Shown here one piece after another: positions 7,618 to 17,241 of a DNA stretch of 42,907 nucleotides (positions within the stretch are counted from its first letter, which is position 1; every line of letters starts with the position of its first letter). The stretch covers positions 137,618-180,524 of the IMG/VR virus record IMGVR_UViG_3300017747_005082. One strand, written 5' to 3'. Position numbers and translations under genes: made by a program. The notes beneath the pieces were generated by a model that was not told where the DNA came from, did not search any database, and saw only the letters and a list, made by a program, of their open reading frames with translations. Origin of the DNA: a virus (lineage: Duplodnaviria > Heunggongvirae > Uroviricota > Caudoviricetes).

Positions 7618-8331
7618 TTATTTACTTACTTTTAAAACTGTACCAATTTGTAATGGTTTAGATTGAACAATATTATTTAAATTTATTAATTCTGATAATG
7701 TTAAATTATGATGTTTTGCTATTTGAGATAATGTATCTCCTTTTACAACTGTATAAAATTTTGTTGAGGTGTTTTTATCTTGGATATAATTAAATAATAC
7801 TTTAGCTATTTGTTTTATTAAAATAGTTTTATTTGTTTCATATTTTTTCATATCATTAGGATTTGATATAAAACATACTTCAAGTAAAACATTTTCCCCA
7901 GTTAATCTCATCCATCCTAATCGTCCATGATGTGATTCTAATTCAGTTTTTACCCCTTTTATTCCCCTCATAGGGATACCTAAAATTGAAGATACAGTAC
8001 TACTTAAAGATTCAGCTAATTTTCTTTCAAAAGAACTTGGCTCTCCAGGAACTAATGTTTCAACACCTGTTGCTGCTGCACTAGCTGCATTCCAATGTAT
8101 ATCTAATACTATTGAATCAGGAGAAGTTAAACTTTTAAATTTATTAATTGTTTCCGCTAAAATACTATTATCTCCATCAACAATAGGATTAATACCTAAT
8201 TGTTTTAATTCATCAACTAATTTATTTCTAAATTCTACTGATAATTCACCTTCAATATAACCATTTCCACTGGCTCCTCTATCTCTTCCTGCCTTGTTGC
8301 TATGTCCTGCAGATATAAAAATTTTACGCAT
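7618..8331 (-). CDS. endolysin: N-acetylmuramoyl-L-alanine amidase (Amidase_3) plus C-terminal LysM
   Basis: FISAGH, IEGE, LDIHWNA and LLEVCFISN are the Zn amidase motifs; YTVVKGDTLSQIAKHHNLTLSELINLN is LysM. Confidence 0.93.
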   Translation of the reverse strand: MRKIFISAGHSNKAGRDRGASGNGYIEGELSVEFRNKLVDELKQLGINPIVDGDNSILAETINKFKSLTSPDSIVLDIHWNAASAAATGVETLVPGEPSSFERKLAESLSSTVSSILGIPMRGIKGVKTELESHHGRLGWMRLTGENVLLEVCFISNPNDMKKYETNKTILIKQIAKVLFNYIQDKNTSTKFYTVVKGDTLSQIAKHHNLTLSELINLNNIVQSKPLQIGTVLKVSK

Positions 8332-8611
8332 CTTGTTCCTCCTCTATTTTTTTATTTTGTTTATGTAACGATTGTTTATCCCATACTGTTACTCCAGCTA
8401 ATGTTGCTACTAATAAAAGAAATCCATTAAATACATCTATTACATATCTATTAATTTCTTTATCAAGGATATAATCTGATATAGAAATCCAAATCCCTAT
8501 TATTGAAGCCATTATAAATGATACAAATAATAGTGTAGATTTTCTACTATATTTTCCTGTAGGTCCTTTTAATAAATCATTAATTATTTTTCTCATTGTC
8601 ATTATCTTCAT
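8324..8611 (-). CDS. two-TM membrane protein, holin-like
   Basis: Two hydrophobic helices and a charged C-terminus; directly upstream of the endolysin. Confidence 0.65.
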   Translation of the reverse strand: MKIMTMRKIINDLLKGPTGKYSRKSTLLFVSFIMASIIGIWISISDYILDKEINRYVIDVFNGFLLLVATLAGVTVWDKQSLHKQNKKIEEEQDA

Positions 8612-9197
8612 CCCTTAAAATAGTATCAAAAGATGAATCTATTTTGTCTGTTATTTTTTTCTCAAATAAATTTAATATATTATCCCAAAATCTAAATATT
8701 TTTGGTTTATATCCATATCGTTTTAAATGATTTTCTCCTATACTATGAATTTCAAATCCACATGATAATAACCAAATAGCTCCTTGAAAACTTATGCTAA
8801 TAACATAAATCCATCTCAATCCCATTATCTCTATCATCAATGATGTAACCATTAATAAAAATGATAATAATATTACTCCTAATAATTTCCACAGAGTCCT
8901 ATATAATTTATAAGACTTTATATAAGGTTTTTTTGGATCTCCGTATTTTACAAGACTTCTATATTTAGCTGCATTTAATCCTGTTACAAAATCAAAAAAA
9001 CAAACAAATAAAAACATAATAGTTCCCACAATCATTATTAATATAGGAAGTATTAGATTTTTTGGGTCAGTATCTCTAGCTAATACTTTTATCCAATAAG
9101 TCATAGGAAAAGATATTGAAAAAGATAACAAAGTTAAAGTACCTTTTTTAAATGTTAATATTTTCCATAGAAAACTAAGGGCTACTTTGAAAACCAT
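8580..9197 (-). CDS. multi-TM holin-like protein
   Basis: About four hydrophobic segments. D-F-V-TG-x-x-AA...S-x-KL-x-RT-x-x-K and E-x-x-SI-x-EN resemble phage holin_4_1-type proteins. Confidence 0.7.
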   Translation of the reverse strand: MVFKVALSFLWKILTFKKGTLTLLSFSISFPMTYWIKVLARDTDPKNLILPILIMIVGTIMFLFVCFFDFVTGLNAAKYRSLVKYGDPKKPYIKSYKLYRTLWKLLGVILLSFLLMVTSLMIEIMGLRWIYVISISFQGAIWLLSCGFEIHSIGENHLKRYGYKPKIFRFWDNILNLFEKKITDKIDSSFDTILRDEDNDNEKNN

Positions 9198-9715
9198 TTA
9201 ATAAAATTTATAGAAATTAATAAAATAACTATACTTAAAATAATTGGTTGAGTAAAAGTTATATAAATCATTACTGGTAAAGTAATTACTAATGATAATA
9301 TTGATATCATCTGTACAAAAGAAAACAATATTGATATTATCTTTGTACTTAGACAACTTGAATATCTAAATGCTTTAAATACAAAAAATAAACTAAATAT
9401 AAATAATTCTAAACTAGCAAATAATGGAAACCAAAATAATAAATAATTATCACCGGTATCTGTTATTATTGCGGGATTATTATCATCTGGTTTAAAAAAA
9501 GATATTATTTCGATAAATGAAGATAGAAATATTACTAATCCCATCCATATATCTAATATTTTCTTTTTTGATAATCCTACCTTTTTATCAATTAATATTG
9601 GTTCATATAAAAATTTATCTTTATCTTTTTGATGTCTTTTTGGTAAAGTCGGGTCTAATGATGAAGAAGGTGGTAGGTTCTTTGGATCTAAACTCTCGTT
9701 AGGTATTCTAGGCAT
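9182..9715 (-). CDS. membrane protein (about 4 TM) of the lysis cassette
   Basis: Pro-rich hydrophilic N-terminus followed by four hydrophobic stretches. Confidence 0.65.
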   Translation of the reverse strand: MPRIPNESLDPKNLPPSSSLDPTLPKRHQKDKDKFLYEPILIDKKVGLSKKKILDIWMGLVIFLSSFIEIISFFKPDDNNPAIITDTGDNYLLFWFPLFASLELFIFSLFFVFKAFRYSSCLSTKIISILFSFVQMISILSLVITLPVMIYITFTQPIILSIVILLISINFIKWFSK

Positions 9716-9737
9716 TAATAGGTATTTAAATTATAAC

Positions 9738-9745
9738 TATAAATA
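9738..9745 (-). promoter_or_regulatory. TATTTATA promoter-like motif
   Basis: Recurrent motif, 22 nt upstream of the ATG at 9715. Confidence 0.6.
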
Positions 9746-9749
9746 TATA

Positions 9750-9768
9750 TGGCCTCATGAAGAGGCCA
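9750..9768 (-). terminator. hairpin after nrdA; probable terminator
   Basis: tggcctc-atgaa-gaggcca perfect 7-bp stem; weak U-tract. Confidence 0.55.
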
Positions 9769-9790
9769 CATTTATTTTGTTTATTTTTCT

Positions 9791-12157
9791 TTATGAACCA
9801 CAATTTTCACATGGAAATTCTTCTTCTAAAGTCAATGGAATTTCTTTCAAAATTTCTTGGGGTTTTTCTATCCCTAATGATGCAATAGCTTGGGCAGAAC
9901 CTTGAGTTCTCAAATAATACATTCCTGTTTTTAATCCCTTTTTCCAAGAATACATATGCATTGATGATAATTTACCAATTGTAGGTTGTTCCATCCATAA
10001 ATTCATACTTTGAGATTGATCAATAAATACTGCTCTATCTGCAGCCATATCAATAATGTCTTTCATTGACATTTCCCATACAATTTTATATAATTCTTGG
10101 ATATTTTGGGGAATATATTCAATTCCTTGAACTGAACCCTTTCTGATTATAATATCATACTTAGTTTGTTCATTCCATAATCCTAACTCTTCAAGGTCCT
10201 TAACTAAATGTTTATTGATCACAACAAATTCTCCAGATAATACTCTTCTAACACCAATATTTGATTTAAATGGTTCAAATGCTTCATTATTACCCATAAT
10301 TTGTGCTGTAGATGCTGTTGGCATTGGAGCTATTAATAGGGAATTTCTTACCCCATATTTTTGGATATTTTCTCTTAAATTTTTATAATCTAAAGTTAAA
10401 TTACCAATAATTTTCTGATCTTCTGATTTTATACCCCACATATCTGGTTGGATTATTCCTTTAGATAATGGAGATCCTTCATAACTTTCGTATGTTCCGT
10501 CTCTTTTAGCTAAATTACATGATGTTGATAATGCAGAAATATATATCACTTCAAATATATCTTTATTTAGTTGTTTAGCTTCTTCACTATTAAATGGTAA
10601 TTTAAGAATCGCGAAAACATCAGCTAATCCTTGTACGCCCCAACCAATGGGTCTATGTTTATTATTTGAAGTTTTAGTTTCTTGGGTTGGGTATAAATTT
10701 TTATCAATAACTGTATTTAAATTATCTGTACCCTTAGAAATTATATAATATAATTTTTCAAAATCAAATTTACCATTAACAATACAATTAACTAAATTAA
10801 CCGATGCTAAATTACATACTGCTTGTTCTTCTGGTGAAGAGTATTCAATAATTTCCGTACATAGATTTGATGATTTAATTGTACCTAAATTCTTTTGATT
10901 AGATTTGGAATTAGCTGCATCTTTATTTAACATATAAGGAGTACCTGTTTCAATTTGAGATTCAAGAATAGCGTTCCATAAATCTCTTGCTTGGATTTTT
11001 TTACCATTCATTCTTCCTTCATTAATAGCTGTAACTATATTATGATATTCAGAATCAAATTCATCAGAGTGTAATTCATCTAAACGAGTAAATCCAGCTT
11101 TAAGTTGTTCATTAGGGCAAGATAAATACCAATCCCCATCAATTTCTACTTGTTTATAAAATAAATCAGGAATCCATAAAGCAGGGAATAAATCTCTTGC
11201 TCTTAATTCTTCTTTACCTGTGGTTTTTCTGATATCTAATAAAGTAAAAACATCTAAATGCCAAGGTTCTAAATACATAGCAAAAGATCCTTTACGTTTG
11301 TTTCCACCTTGGTCCCAATATCTAGCTAATTCGTTATTTAATTTTAAATAAGGTAAAATTCCATTAGAAGTTCCATTAGTAGAATGAATTTTAGAACCAG
11401 CAGCTCTTAAATTTGATATAGATAATCCAATTCCCCCAGCGTGTGATGAAATAATAGATACATCTTTGGCAGTATCCATAATACCATCTTTACTATCACC
11501 TTTGTTATTAATTAAAAAACATGAAGCCAGTTGCTGTCCTTTCAAACCAGAGTTAAACATAGTAGGAGTAGCATGGGTATAATCCCAATTAGATAACATT
11601 TTATAAGTCTCTATGACATCCTCCCAATTTTTAGTAACAGTAATAGCTTCCCTCATATACATATCTTGAGGTCTTTCAACTATTACATCTTCATTATTAT
11701 TATATATTTTTAATAGATATGCTTTCTCTAATGTTTTATATCCAAAATAATCAAACTTATAATCCTTTTCATAATCTATAACAGATTTAATATTATCAAA
11801 TCCATAAGATTCTACTCTTAAAATGTATTCTTCATTTAATAAATCTTTTTCTTTTAATTCATTAAAAACTAATTGAAAATCACCTGATGTTTCTTTATGT
11901 AAGGCAGATATAGCAATATTTGCCGCTAATTTACTATAATCTGGATGGTTTGTAGTATAAGAAGCTGCAGTATCTGCAGCTAATTTGTCTAATACGGTAG
12001 TAGTAACACCATCATAAAGACCTTGTACAACTTTCATTGATATTTCAAGATGATTTACTTGTAATCCAACACTAGCTTTTTTTATTCTAGTTTGAATCTT
12101 ACCAAAATCTACATTTACTAATCTACCATTTCTTTTCTTAACTTTAATCTCTTCCAA
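9791..12157 (-). CDS. nrdA: ribonucleotide reductase class Ia alpha subunit
   Basis: N-terminal ATP cone (VKKRNG), TPTMFNSG, LASCFL, SNLCTEI, VCNLAS, APMPTAST, LKTGMYYLR and C-terminal CENCGS. Starts at TTG. Confidence 0.97.
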   Translation of the reverse strand: MEEIKVKKRNGRLVNVDFGKIQTRIKKASVGLQVNHLEISMKVVQGLYDGVTTTVLDKLAADTAASYTTNHPDYSKLAANIAISALHKETSGDFQLVFNELKEKDLLNEEYILRVESYGFDNIKSVIDYEKDYKFDYFGYKTLEKAYLLKIYNNNEDVIVERPQDMYMREAITVTKNWEDVIETYKMLSNWDYTHATPTMFNSGLKGQQLASCFLINNKGDSKDGIMDTAKDVSIISSHAGGIGLSISNLRAAGSKIHSTNGTSNGILPYLKLNNELARYWDQGGNKRKGSFAMYLEPWHLDVFTLLDIRKTTGKEELRARDLFPALWIPDLFYKQVEIDGDWYLSCPNEQLKAGFTRLDELHSDEFDSEYHNIVTAINEGRMNGKKIQARDLWNAILESQIETGTPYMLNKDAANSKSNQKNLGTIKSSNLCTEIIEYSSPEEQAVCNLASVNLVNCIVNGKFDFEKLYYIISKGTDNLNTVIDKNLYPTQETKTSNNKHRPIGWGVQGLADVFAILKLPFNSEEAKQLNKDIFEVIYISALSTSCNLAKRDGTYESYEGSPLSKGIIQPDMWGIKSEDQKIIGNLTLDYKNLRENIQKYGVRNSLLIAPMPTASTAQIMGNNEAFEPFKSNIGVRRVLSGEFVVINKHLVKDLEELGLWNEQTKYDIIIRKGSVQGIEYIPQNIQELYKIVWEMSMKDIIDMAADRAVFIDQSQSMNLWMEQPTIGKLSSMHMYSWKKGLKTGMYYLRTQGSAQAIASLGIEKPQEILKEIPLTLEEEFPCENCGS

Positions 12158-12159
12158 TT

Positions 12160-12312
12160 TTATTTTTCTTTTGTAATAATTAATAGATCAAAGGAATATT
12201 TTAATTTATTTTTACTTCCTCTTTTGTATTTGTTGGTTAATATATACCAAATCATCTCCCATTTTGAAATACCATCTTTAGGTACAATATAATAATCTTG
12301 TGTTTTTTTCAT
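12160..12312 (-). CDS. small hypothetical protein (50 aa) between nrdB and nrdA
   Basis: Manual translation [50 protein letters not shown]. Its ATG overlaps the nrdB TAA; its stop is 2 nt before the nrdA TTG. Confidence 0.55.
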   Translation of the reverse strand: MKKTQDYYIVPKDGISKWEMIWYILTNKYKRGSKNKLKYSFDLLIITKEK

Positions 12313-13265
12313 TAGAATTCTTCATTAAATGTTATTTTTTGTTCTCCTTGTCCTACACCAGCTTTTTGATATTCCGATACTCTCTTTTCGAAAAAATTAC
12401 TTTGACCTTGTAATGCAATCATTTCCATAAATTTAAATGGTTGTTTCACATTAAATATTTTTTCACATCCTAATTCTACTAATAATCTGTCGGTTACAAA
12501 CTCCAGATATTGTGTCATTAATTCTGAGTTCATTCCAATTAAAGAAACTGGAAGAGATTCTGTAATGAATTCTTTCTCGATATCTAATGCAGATAATATG
12601 ATCTCAACTATTCTTGGTTTGGAAACTTTATTAATTAAGTGATGATTATGTAGATGTACAGCAAAATCACAATGCATTCCTTCATCACGAGAGATTAATT
12701 CGTTTGAAAATGTTAACCCAGGTAATAATCCACGATTTTTCATCCAAAATATTGAACAAAAGGCTCCTGAGAAAAATATTCCTTCAACAGCTGCAAAAGC
12801 GATTAATCTTTCAGCAAATGAGTCAGATTCTATCCATTTTAAAGCCCAGTCTGCTTTTTTCTTTATAGCTGCAAAATTTTCAATTGCTTTAAATAATTTA
12901 TCTTTCTCTCTTGGGTCTTTAATATAAGTATCAATCAAAAGAGAATAAGTTTCACTATGGATATTCTCCATCATGATTTGGAATCCGTAGAAAAATTTTG
13001 CTTCTGTATATTGCACTTCGTTCACGAAGTTTTCGGCAAGATTTTCGTTTACAATCCCGTCAGATGCGGCAAAAAAAGCTAGAATATGCTTAATAAAATG
13101 TTGTTCTCCTGGTGTTAATTCGTCAAATTTATCATCTTTTAAATCTATTTCCTCCGCAGTCCAAATAGAGGCTTGTGATTTTTTATACCATTCCCATAAA
13201 TCAGGATGTTCAATAGGAAATAAAACAAATCGGTTTGGGTTTTCTTTTAAAATTGGTTCTTGCAT
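12312..13265 (-). CDS. nrdB: ribonucleotide reductase class Ia beta subunit
   Basis: [37 protein letters not shown] (radical Tyr), EGIFFSG, RDEGMH, NFFEKRV. Confidence 0.97.
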   Translation of the reverse strand: MQEPILKENPNRFVLFPIEHPDLWEWYKKSQASIWTAEEIDLKDDKFDELTPGEQHFIKHILAFFAASDGIVNENLAENFVNEVQYTEAKFFYGFQIMMENIHSETYSLLIDTYIKDPREKDKLFKAIENFAAIKKKADWALKWIESDSFAERLIAFAAVEGIFFSGAFCSIFWMKNRGLLPGLTFSNELISRDEGMHCDFAVHLHNHHLINKVSKPRIVEIILSALDIEKEFITESLPVSLIGMNSELMTQYLEFVTDRLLVELGCEKIFNVKQPFKFMEMIALQGQSNFFEKRVSEYQKAGVGQGEQKITFNEEF

Positions 13266-13285
13266 ATATTTTATTTAAATGTAGA

Positions 13286-13293
13286 AATAAATA
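13286..13293 (-). promoter_or_regulatory. TATTTATT promoter-like motif
   Basis: Variant of the recurrent motif, 20 nt upstream of the nrdB ATG. Confidence 0.5.
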
Positions 13294-14661
13294 TTATTCA
13301 ATCTTAAATGAGTGAAATTTTTCTAATAATATTTCTTTTTCTTCTTTTTGTATTTGATTATAAGGTTGTTTTGGTTCTTCTTTTCTATATTCTTCTTCCT
13401 CATCATATTCTCCTAGTATAATAAATTCTCCAGTTTTAATATTAATTTCCATATCATAAGTTTGCCCATCACTTCCGTATCTATTCTTCATGATATGCCA
13501 TCTCCCCTTTCCTTTAACTTTATCTTTTCTATTTCTAGATTGAGACATTGAAAAATCTGCTACCATCAATTTATCATATGAACCAGCTGCTTTATCTCCT
13601 TCAACTACATCATCTTTAGCACCAGCTCTATTTACTTGTGATACTGACCATATAGGAATATTTAATTCTTTAGCTAATCCTTTAGTTCCATAATGTAAAT
13701 CATCTATTTCAGCTTTTGCATCTTTTCTAACTGTAGGAGGTTTTAATAAATCCACATAATCAATAATAACCAAATCAGCATTAAATCCTAAATCTTTACA
13801 TTTTTGTATATGAGATTTAATATTAGATAATTTAGTAGCTTTCATTGGAAATTCTTTAATAATTAAATTATTTTCATATTTTTTTAAAAAATCTTTTAAT
13901 TGTTCTACGTGTTCATCAATTTCATCTACACTTATTTTTGTTAAACAAGCATCATATCTTTTACCAACATAATCTTCCCCTAATTCTAAAGTATAATGAA
14001 TCACTTTATATCCTAATGCTAAAGCGAATGCTCCAATAGCTACTAAAGACCATGATTTTCCCCCTCCAGGTCCTCCATAAAATATACCATAATCTCCTCC
14101 TCCTAAACCTCCTGCTAATAATTTATTAATAATTTCCCAAGGTGTAGGTATTGGGACACGTTTGGATTTAGTATATCTAGTCTCAATATCTTTAATATAT
14201 TCTAATCCAATATTTTTATCTTGACCAGCTTTAAGAGCATTTTCTATAGTATGACGAATTTCTTCAAATTCACCAATATTAAGCAAATCTACTGAATCTA
14301 ATAATGCTTTTTTTAATTTTTGATTAACACAAAATGTATTAAATTCTTGTTCAACCCATTCTTTGTCCTCATTTAGTGTAGTAAAAATGGATTTTAGTTG
14401 TTCTTTAATTGCAACTTGTAATATTTCATTTTCTACTTTTTTTACCTCTATTTTAAAATATTCTAAACTAGGAGTAGTATGAAACTGATCAAAATAATTC
14501 AATATATTTTCTACAATCCATTTATCTCCAATATGGTCAAAATATTCGACTTCTATAATGTCTCTTATATTAAGAAGAAATGTTCTCTCCTTTAATAATG
14601 AATTAATAACCTTTAATTGAAAATTATAACCATAATCACTTAGTGATTTTAATGCACTCAT
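13294..14661 (-). CDS. replicative DNA helicase (DnaB/T4 gp41-like)
   Basis: Walker A GGPGGGKS, YTLEL, VIIDYVDLL, SQVNR, KNRYG. Confidence 0.92.
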   Translation of the reverse strand: MSALKSLSDYGYNFQLKVINSLLKERTFLLNIRDIIEVEYFDHIGDKWIVENILNYFDQFHTTPSLEYFKIEVKKVENEILQVAIKEQLKSIFTTLNEDKEWVEQEFNTFCVNQKLKKALLDSVDLLNIGEFEEIRHTIENALKAGQDKNIGLEYIKDIETRYTKSKRVPIPTPWEIINKLLAGGLGGGDYGIFYGGPGGGKSWSLVAIGAFALALGYKVIHYTLELGEDYVGKRYDACLTKISVDEIDEHVEQLKDFLKKYENNLIIKEFPMKATKLSNIKSHIQKCKDLGFNADLVIIDYVDLLKPPTVRKDAKAEIDDLHYGTKGLAKELNIPIWSVSQVNRAGAKDDVVEGDKAAGSYDKLMVADFSMSQSRNRKDKVKGKGRWHIMKNRYGSDGQTYDMEINIKTGEFIILGEYDEEEEYRKEEPKQPYNQIQKEEKEILLEKFHSFKIE

Positions 14662-15678
14662 TTATTTATATTTATTTAAAGGTTCAAAATTATTTGTTAA
14701 CCACATATTTAAATTAGGAATCGAATTCTCTAATTTATCATCTGTATAGTAATTAATAAATTTAGTTTTGTTAAAAATATTAGGTTTATCATTTATTAAT
14801 TTATCCAACCTTTCCATTTCATATTCAGGAATATTTAATGTTTTTAAATCCATTAATTTTTCATTAATACGTAATTGATGTTTAAAATTCCAAACATCTC
14901 CATATAATGGATTTTTATCAGATTCCCTGTAACTCTTATCTATTATTTCTTGAAGTGTAACAGGTTTTACTTTTGTTAACTCAGGAAATAAATTATATAA
15001 TTTCATTGGTCCTATTTTAGGAACTTTTGGGATATTATCAGAAACGTCTCCTAATATAATTTTTTTATTTAAGAAATTTTGGGGCCATACTCCAAATGTT
15101 TTATAAACTTCTTCAGGAGTATAATATTTCTTTTTTATTGGAGAATAGACAGTAATATTATCATTTACTAATTGTAAAAAATCTTCATCCACAGAAACTA
15201 TAATAGATTTATTGAATTTAGGCGCTAAATAAGCGATTACATCATCGGCCTCTAGTTTATCAATAATTGATATGGAAATAGGAAGACATTTAAGATAATC
15301 AATTAATCTTAACATTTGATCTTGCATAGATTCTGATTCTTGTTGTAAATTATCAAAACCTGTCCAATTAGTAATTCTTTTAATTTTTCTAGTTCCTTTA
15401 TATTCTGAGTATAAATTTTTCTTATTAATAGTGTTTCCTTCTCCATCAAAAATTAAAATAACTCTTGTAGGTTGGAGAAGATTAATCATAGCTCCCAACG
15501 ATTTAAGATAACCTGTTAATCCTCCTATATGATGTCCTTGAGTATTAAATTTATTTATAACAGAAAAGGAACGTATAAACATATTCATACTATCAATAAG
15601 AAGCACCCTATCATTTAAAGATAGGGTTTCTTCTATTGAGTCCTCTTGTACTAAATCTAATAAATCTTTATATTTCAT
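14662..15678 (-). CDS. 5'-3' exonuclease/flap endonuclease (PolA N-terminal or T4 RNase H-like)
   Basis: LLIDSMN, IFDGEG, YKGTR, LEADDVIAYL, SVDEDFLQL, GDVSDNIP. Confidence 0.92.
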   Translation of the reverse strand: MKYKDLLDLVQEDSIEETLSLNDRVLLIDSMNMFIRSFSVINKFNTQGHHIGGLTGYLKSLGAMINLLQPTRVILIFDGEGNTINKKNLYSEYKGTRKIKRITNWTGFDNLQQESESMQDQMLRLIDYLKCLPISISIIDKLEADDVIAYLAPKFNKSIIVSVDEDFLQLVNDNITVYSPIKKKYYTPEEVYKTFGVWPQNFLNKKIILGDVSDNIPKVPKIGPMKLYNLFPELTKVKPVTLQEIIDKSYRESDKNPLYGDVWNFKHQLRINEKLMDLKTLNIPEYEMERLDKLINDKPNIFNKTKFINYYTDDKLENSIPNLNMWLTNNFEPLNKYK

Positions 15679-15836
15679 TATTTATATTCTTCATCAAATT
15701 CATCATTTAATTTATTATAATGATAATCACAAACATAATATTCATACCCATTATAATCTTTAGTAGCAAAATTATTACATTCTTCACATTTTTTACCTTC
15801 AGGAGGTATGTTAAAATAATTTTGTATTTTTTCCAT
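15678..15836 (-). CDS. small putative Zn-finger protein (52 aa)
   Basis: Manual translation MEKIQNYFNIPPEGKKCEECNNFATKDYNGYEYYVCDYHYNKLNDEFDEEYK, with CxxC...CxxH; fills the gap exactly. Confidence 0.65.
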   Translation of the reverse strand: MEKIQNYFNIPPEGKKCEECNNFATKDYNGYEYYVCDYHYNKLNDEFDEEYK

Positions 15837-15837
15837 T

Positions 15838-16119
15838 TTATATATTATAAGCTTGTTTTCTTATTTGATTCATAGATAAAACAGTTGGAATATTATTATC
15901 TATTTTATAGAAACCTAATTTCCCTCCATCATTTAAATATCCAGCTTTAGTTAAATATCTTCTATATACATCTAAAGATCTTACATAAATTTTACCATCA
16001 GTCCATTTTCCTAACATACCAATTGAATCTAAATGTTTTATTAATTCCTGGCGAGTAATTATTTGTTCTTTATTTTTTGTGTTTATAAAACAACACATCT
16101 CTAACCACAAGTTTGTCAT
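15838..16119 (-). CDS. hypothetical protein, possible winged-helix DNA-binding
   Basis: 93 aa; the TRQELI...YRRYLTKAGYL...GFY pattern suggests a wHTH (weak). Confidence 0.55.
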   Translation of the reverse strand: MTNLWLEMCCFINTKNKEQIITRQELIKHLDSIGMLGKWTDGKIYVRSLDVYRRYLTKAGYLNDGGKLGFYKIDNNIPTVLSMNQIRKQAYNI

Positions 16120-16122
16120 ATT

Positions 16123-17184
16123 TTATTCATTTATGAAATCAATTTCATTATCTTCTACAGTTTGTTCAGTAAAGATAAAATCTTCAGATCCTAATACTTG
16201 TCCCCATTCTTTCTTATGCTCTTTTTTATAAGCATCTTGAGAAGCTGGTGTATCTTTAATAAATCCGTGAGCTGTACTTATTAATGTTCCTTTTCCAACA
16301 TTTCCTGTAACGTGGTTTTTATCTACTTGAATTTTAGTTTTTAATCCCCATTCGATAACTGCTTTATCTTTAGTTACATTAAGTTTCTGAGTACCATCAC
16401 TTGTAATATTTCCAAAAGTAATAGCCATAGAACAATCATAATACATGGAATCTCCATTCTTATTTTTCATTTTAGGTTGAGACATTGGATTTAATGCCGG
16501 TTCTACCCAAATTTTATTTACATAAAGAGCAGTATTAGTGTATGGTTGTGATTCTTTTCTTGATAACACTATTTGTTGATTAACAAAATTAGCAAATTGT
16601 TGAGATAAGGCAGCAGCATTCCACATTGGGGAATTTGATGATTTTTCTAAACTCATTCTACATGGAATTGAACCAATAGAATCCCAAAGAAATAATAAAT
16701 CATAAGGTAAATTTCCTTTCTTTTGCTCATTTAATATATCCATAATAAATTCAGCAACATCTTCTATACATTTTAATCTTTCTGAATCTATATAAATGAA
16801 AAAACCATTATAAGTTGCATTTCCATTCTCATCTACTACTTTTTCAAGATCAAACCCCATAGTCTCCCAATGTTCCCAACTATGTTTCATCTCTGTTATA
16901 ATAATAACAGGAAGAATACCATCTTTTTGTGCCTGAATAGCTTGTTCAATAAGAAGAGTTGTTTTTCCTGTATTAGACCTACCTCTAATTAATGTAGTAT
17001 GACCTTTAGGTGTTCCTGGAATTTTTAATACCTCTCTTACAGCTTCTGAAAATAGAATCCATTCTTGAGGTTTATAATTAGAATTGGACGCACCTAAATT
17101 TTTACTATTTTTAAATTTCTCTAAGGAAAAGGTAGAGTTAACCTTTTTATCTATCTTCCCAGATAGACTTTCTTTTTTTGTCAT
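16123..17184 (-). CDS. RecA/UvsX-like recombinase
   Basis: Walker A GRSNTGKT, Walker B LFLWDSIGS, YVNKIW and KIQVDKNHV; adjacent to the SSB. Confidence 0.88.
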   Translation of the reverse strand: MTKKESLSGKIDKKVNSTFSLEKFKNSKNLGASNSNYKPQEWILFSEAVREVLKIPGTPKGHTTLIRGRSNTGKTTLLIEQAIQAQKDGILPVIIITEMKHSWEHWETMGFDLEKVVDENGNATYNGFFIYIDSERLKCIEDVAEFIMDILNEQKKGNLPYDLLFLWDSIGSIPCRMSLEKSSNSPMWNAAALSQQFANFVNQQIVLSRKESQPYTNTALYVNKIWVEPALNPMSQPKMKNKNGDSMYYDCSMAITFGNITSDGTQKLNVTKDKAVIEWGLKTKIQVDKNHVTGNVGKGTLISTAHGFIKDTPASQDAYKKEHKKEWGQVLGSEDFIFTEQTVEDNEIDFINE

Positions 17185-17205
17185 AATGATTGTGTGTAGT
17201 TAATT

Positions 17206-17227
17206 AACCCCTCTGGATAGAGGGGTT
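17206..17227. other. 9-bp GC-rich hairpin between the SSB and recombinase genes
   Basis: aacccctct-ggat-agaggggtt; no U-tract on the coding strand. Confidence 0.7.
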
Positions 17228-17241
17228 TAGTTAATTCTTAA

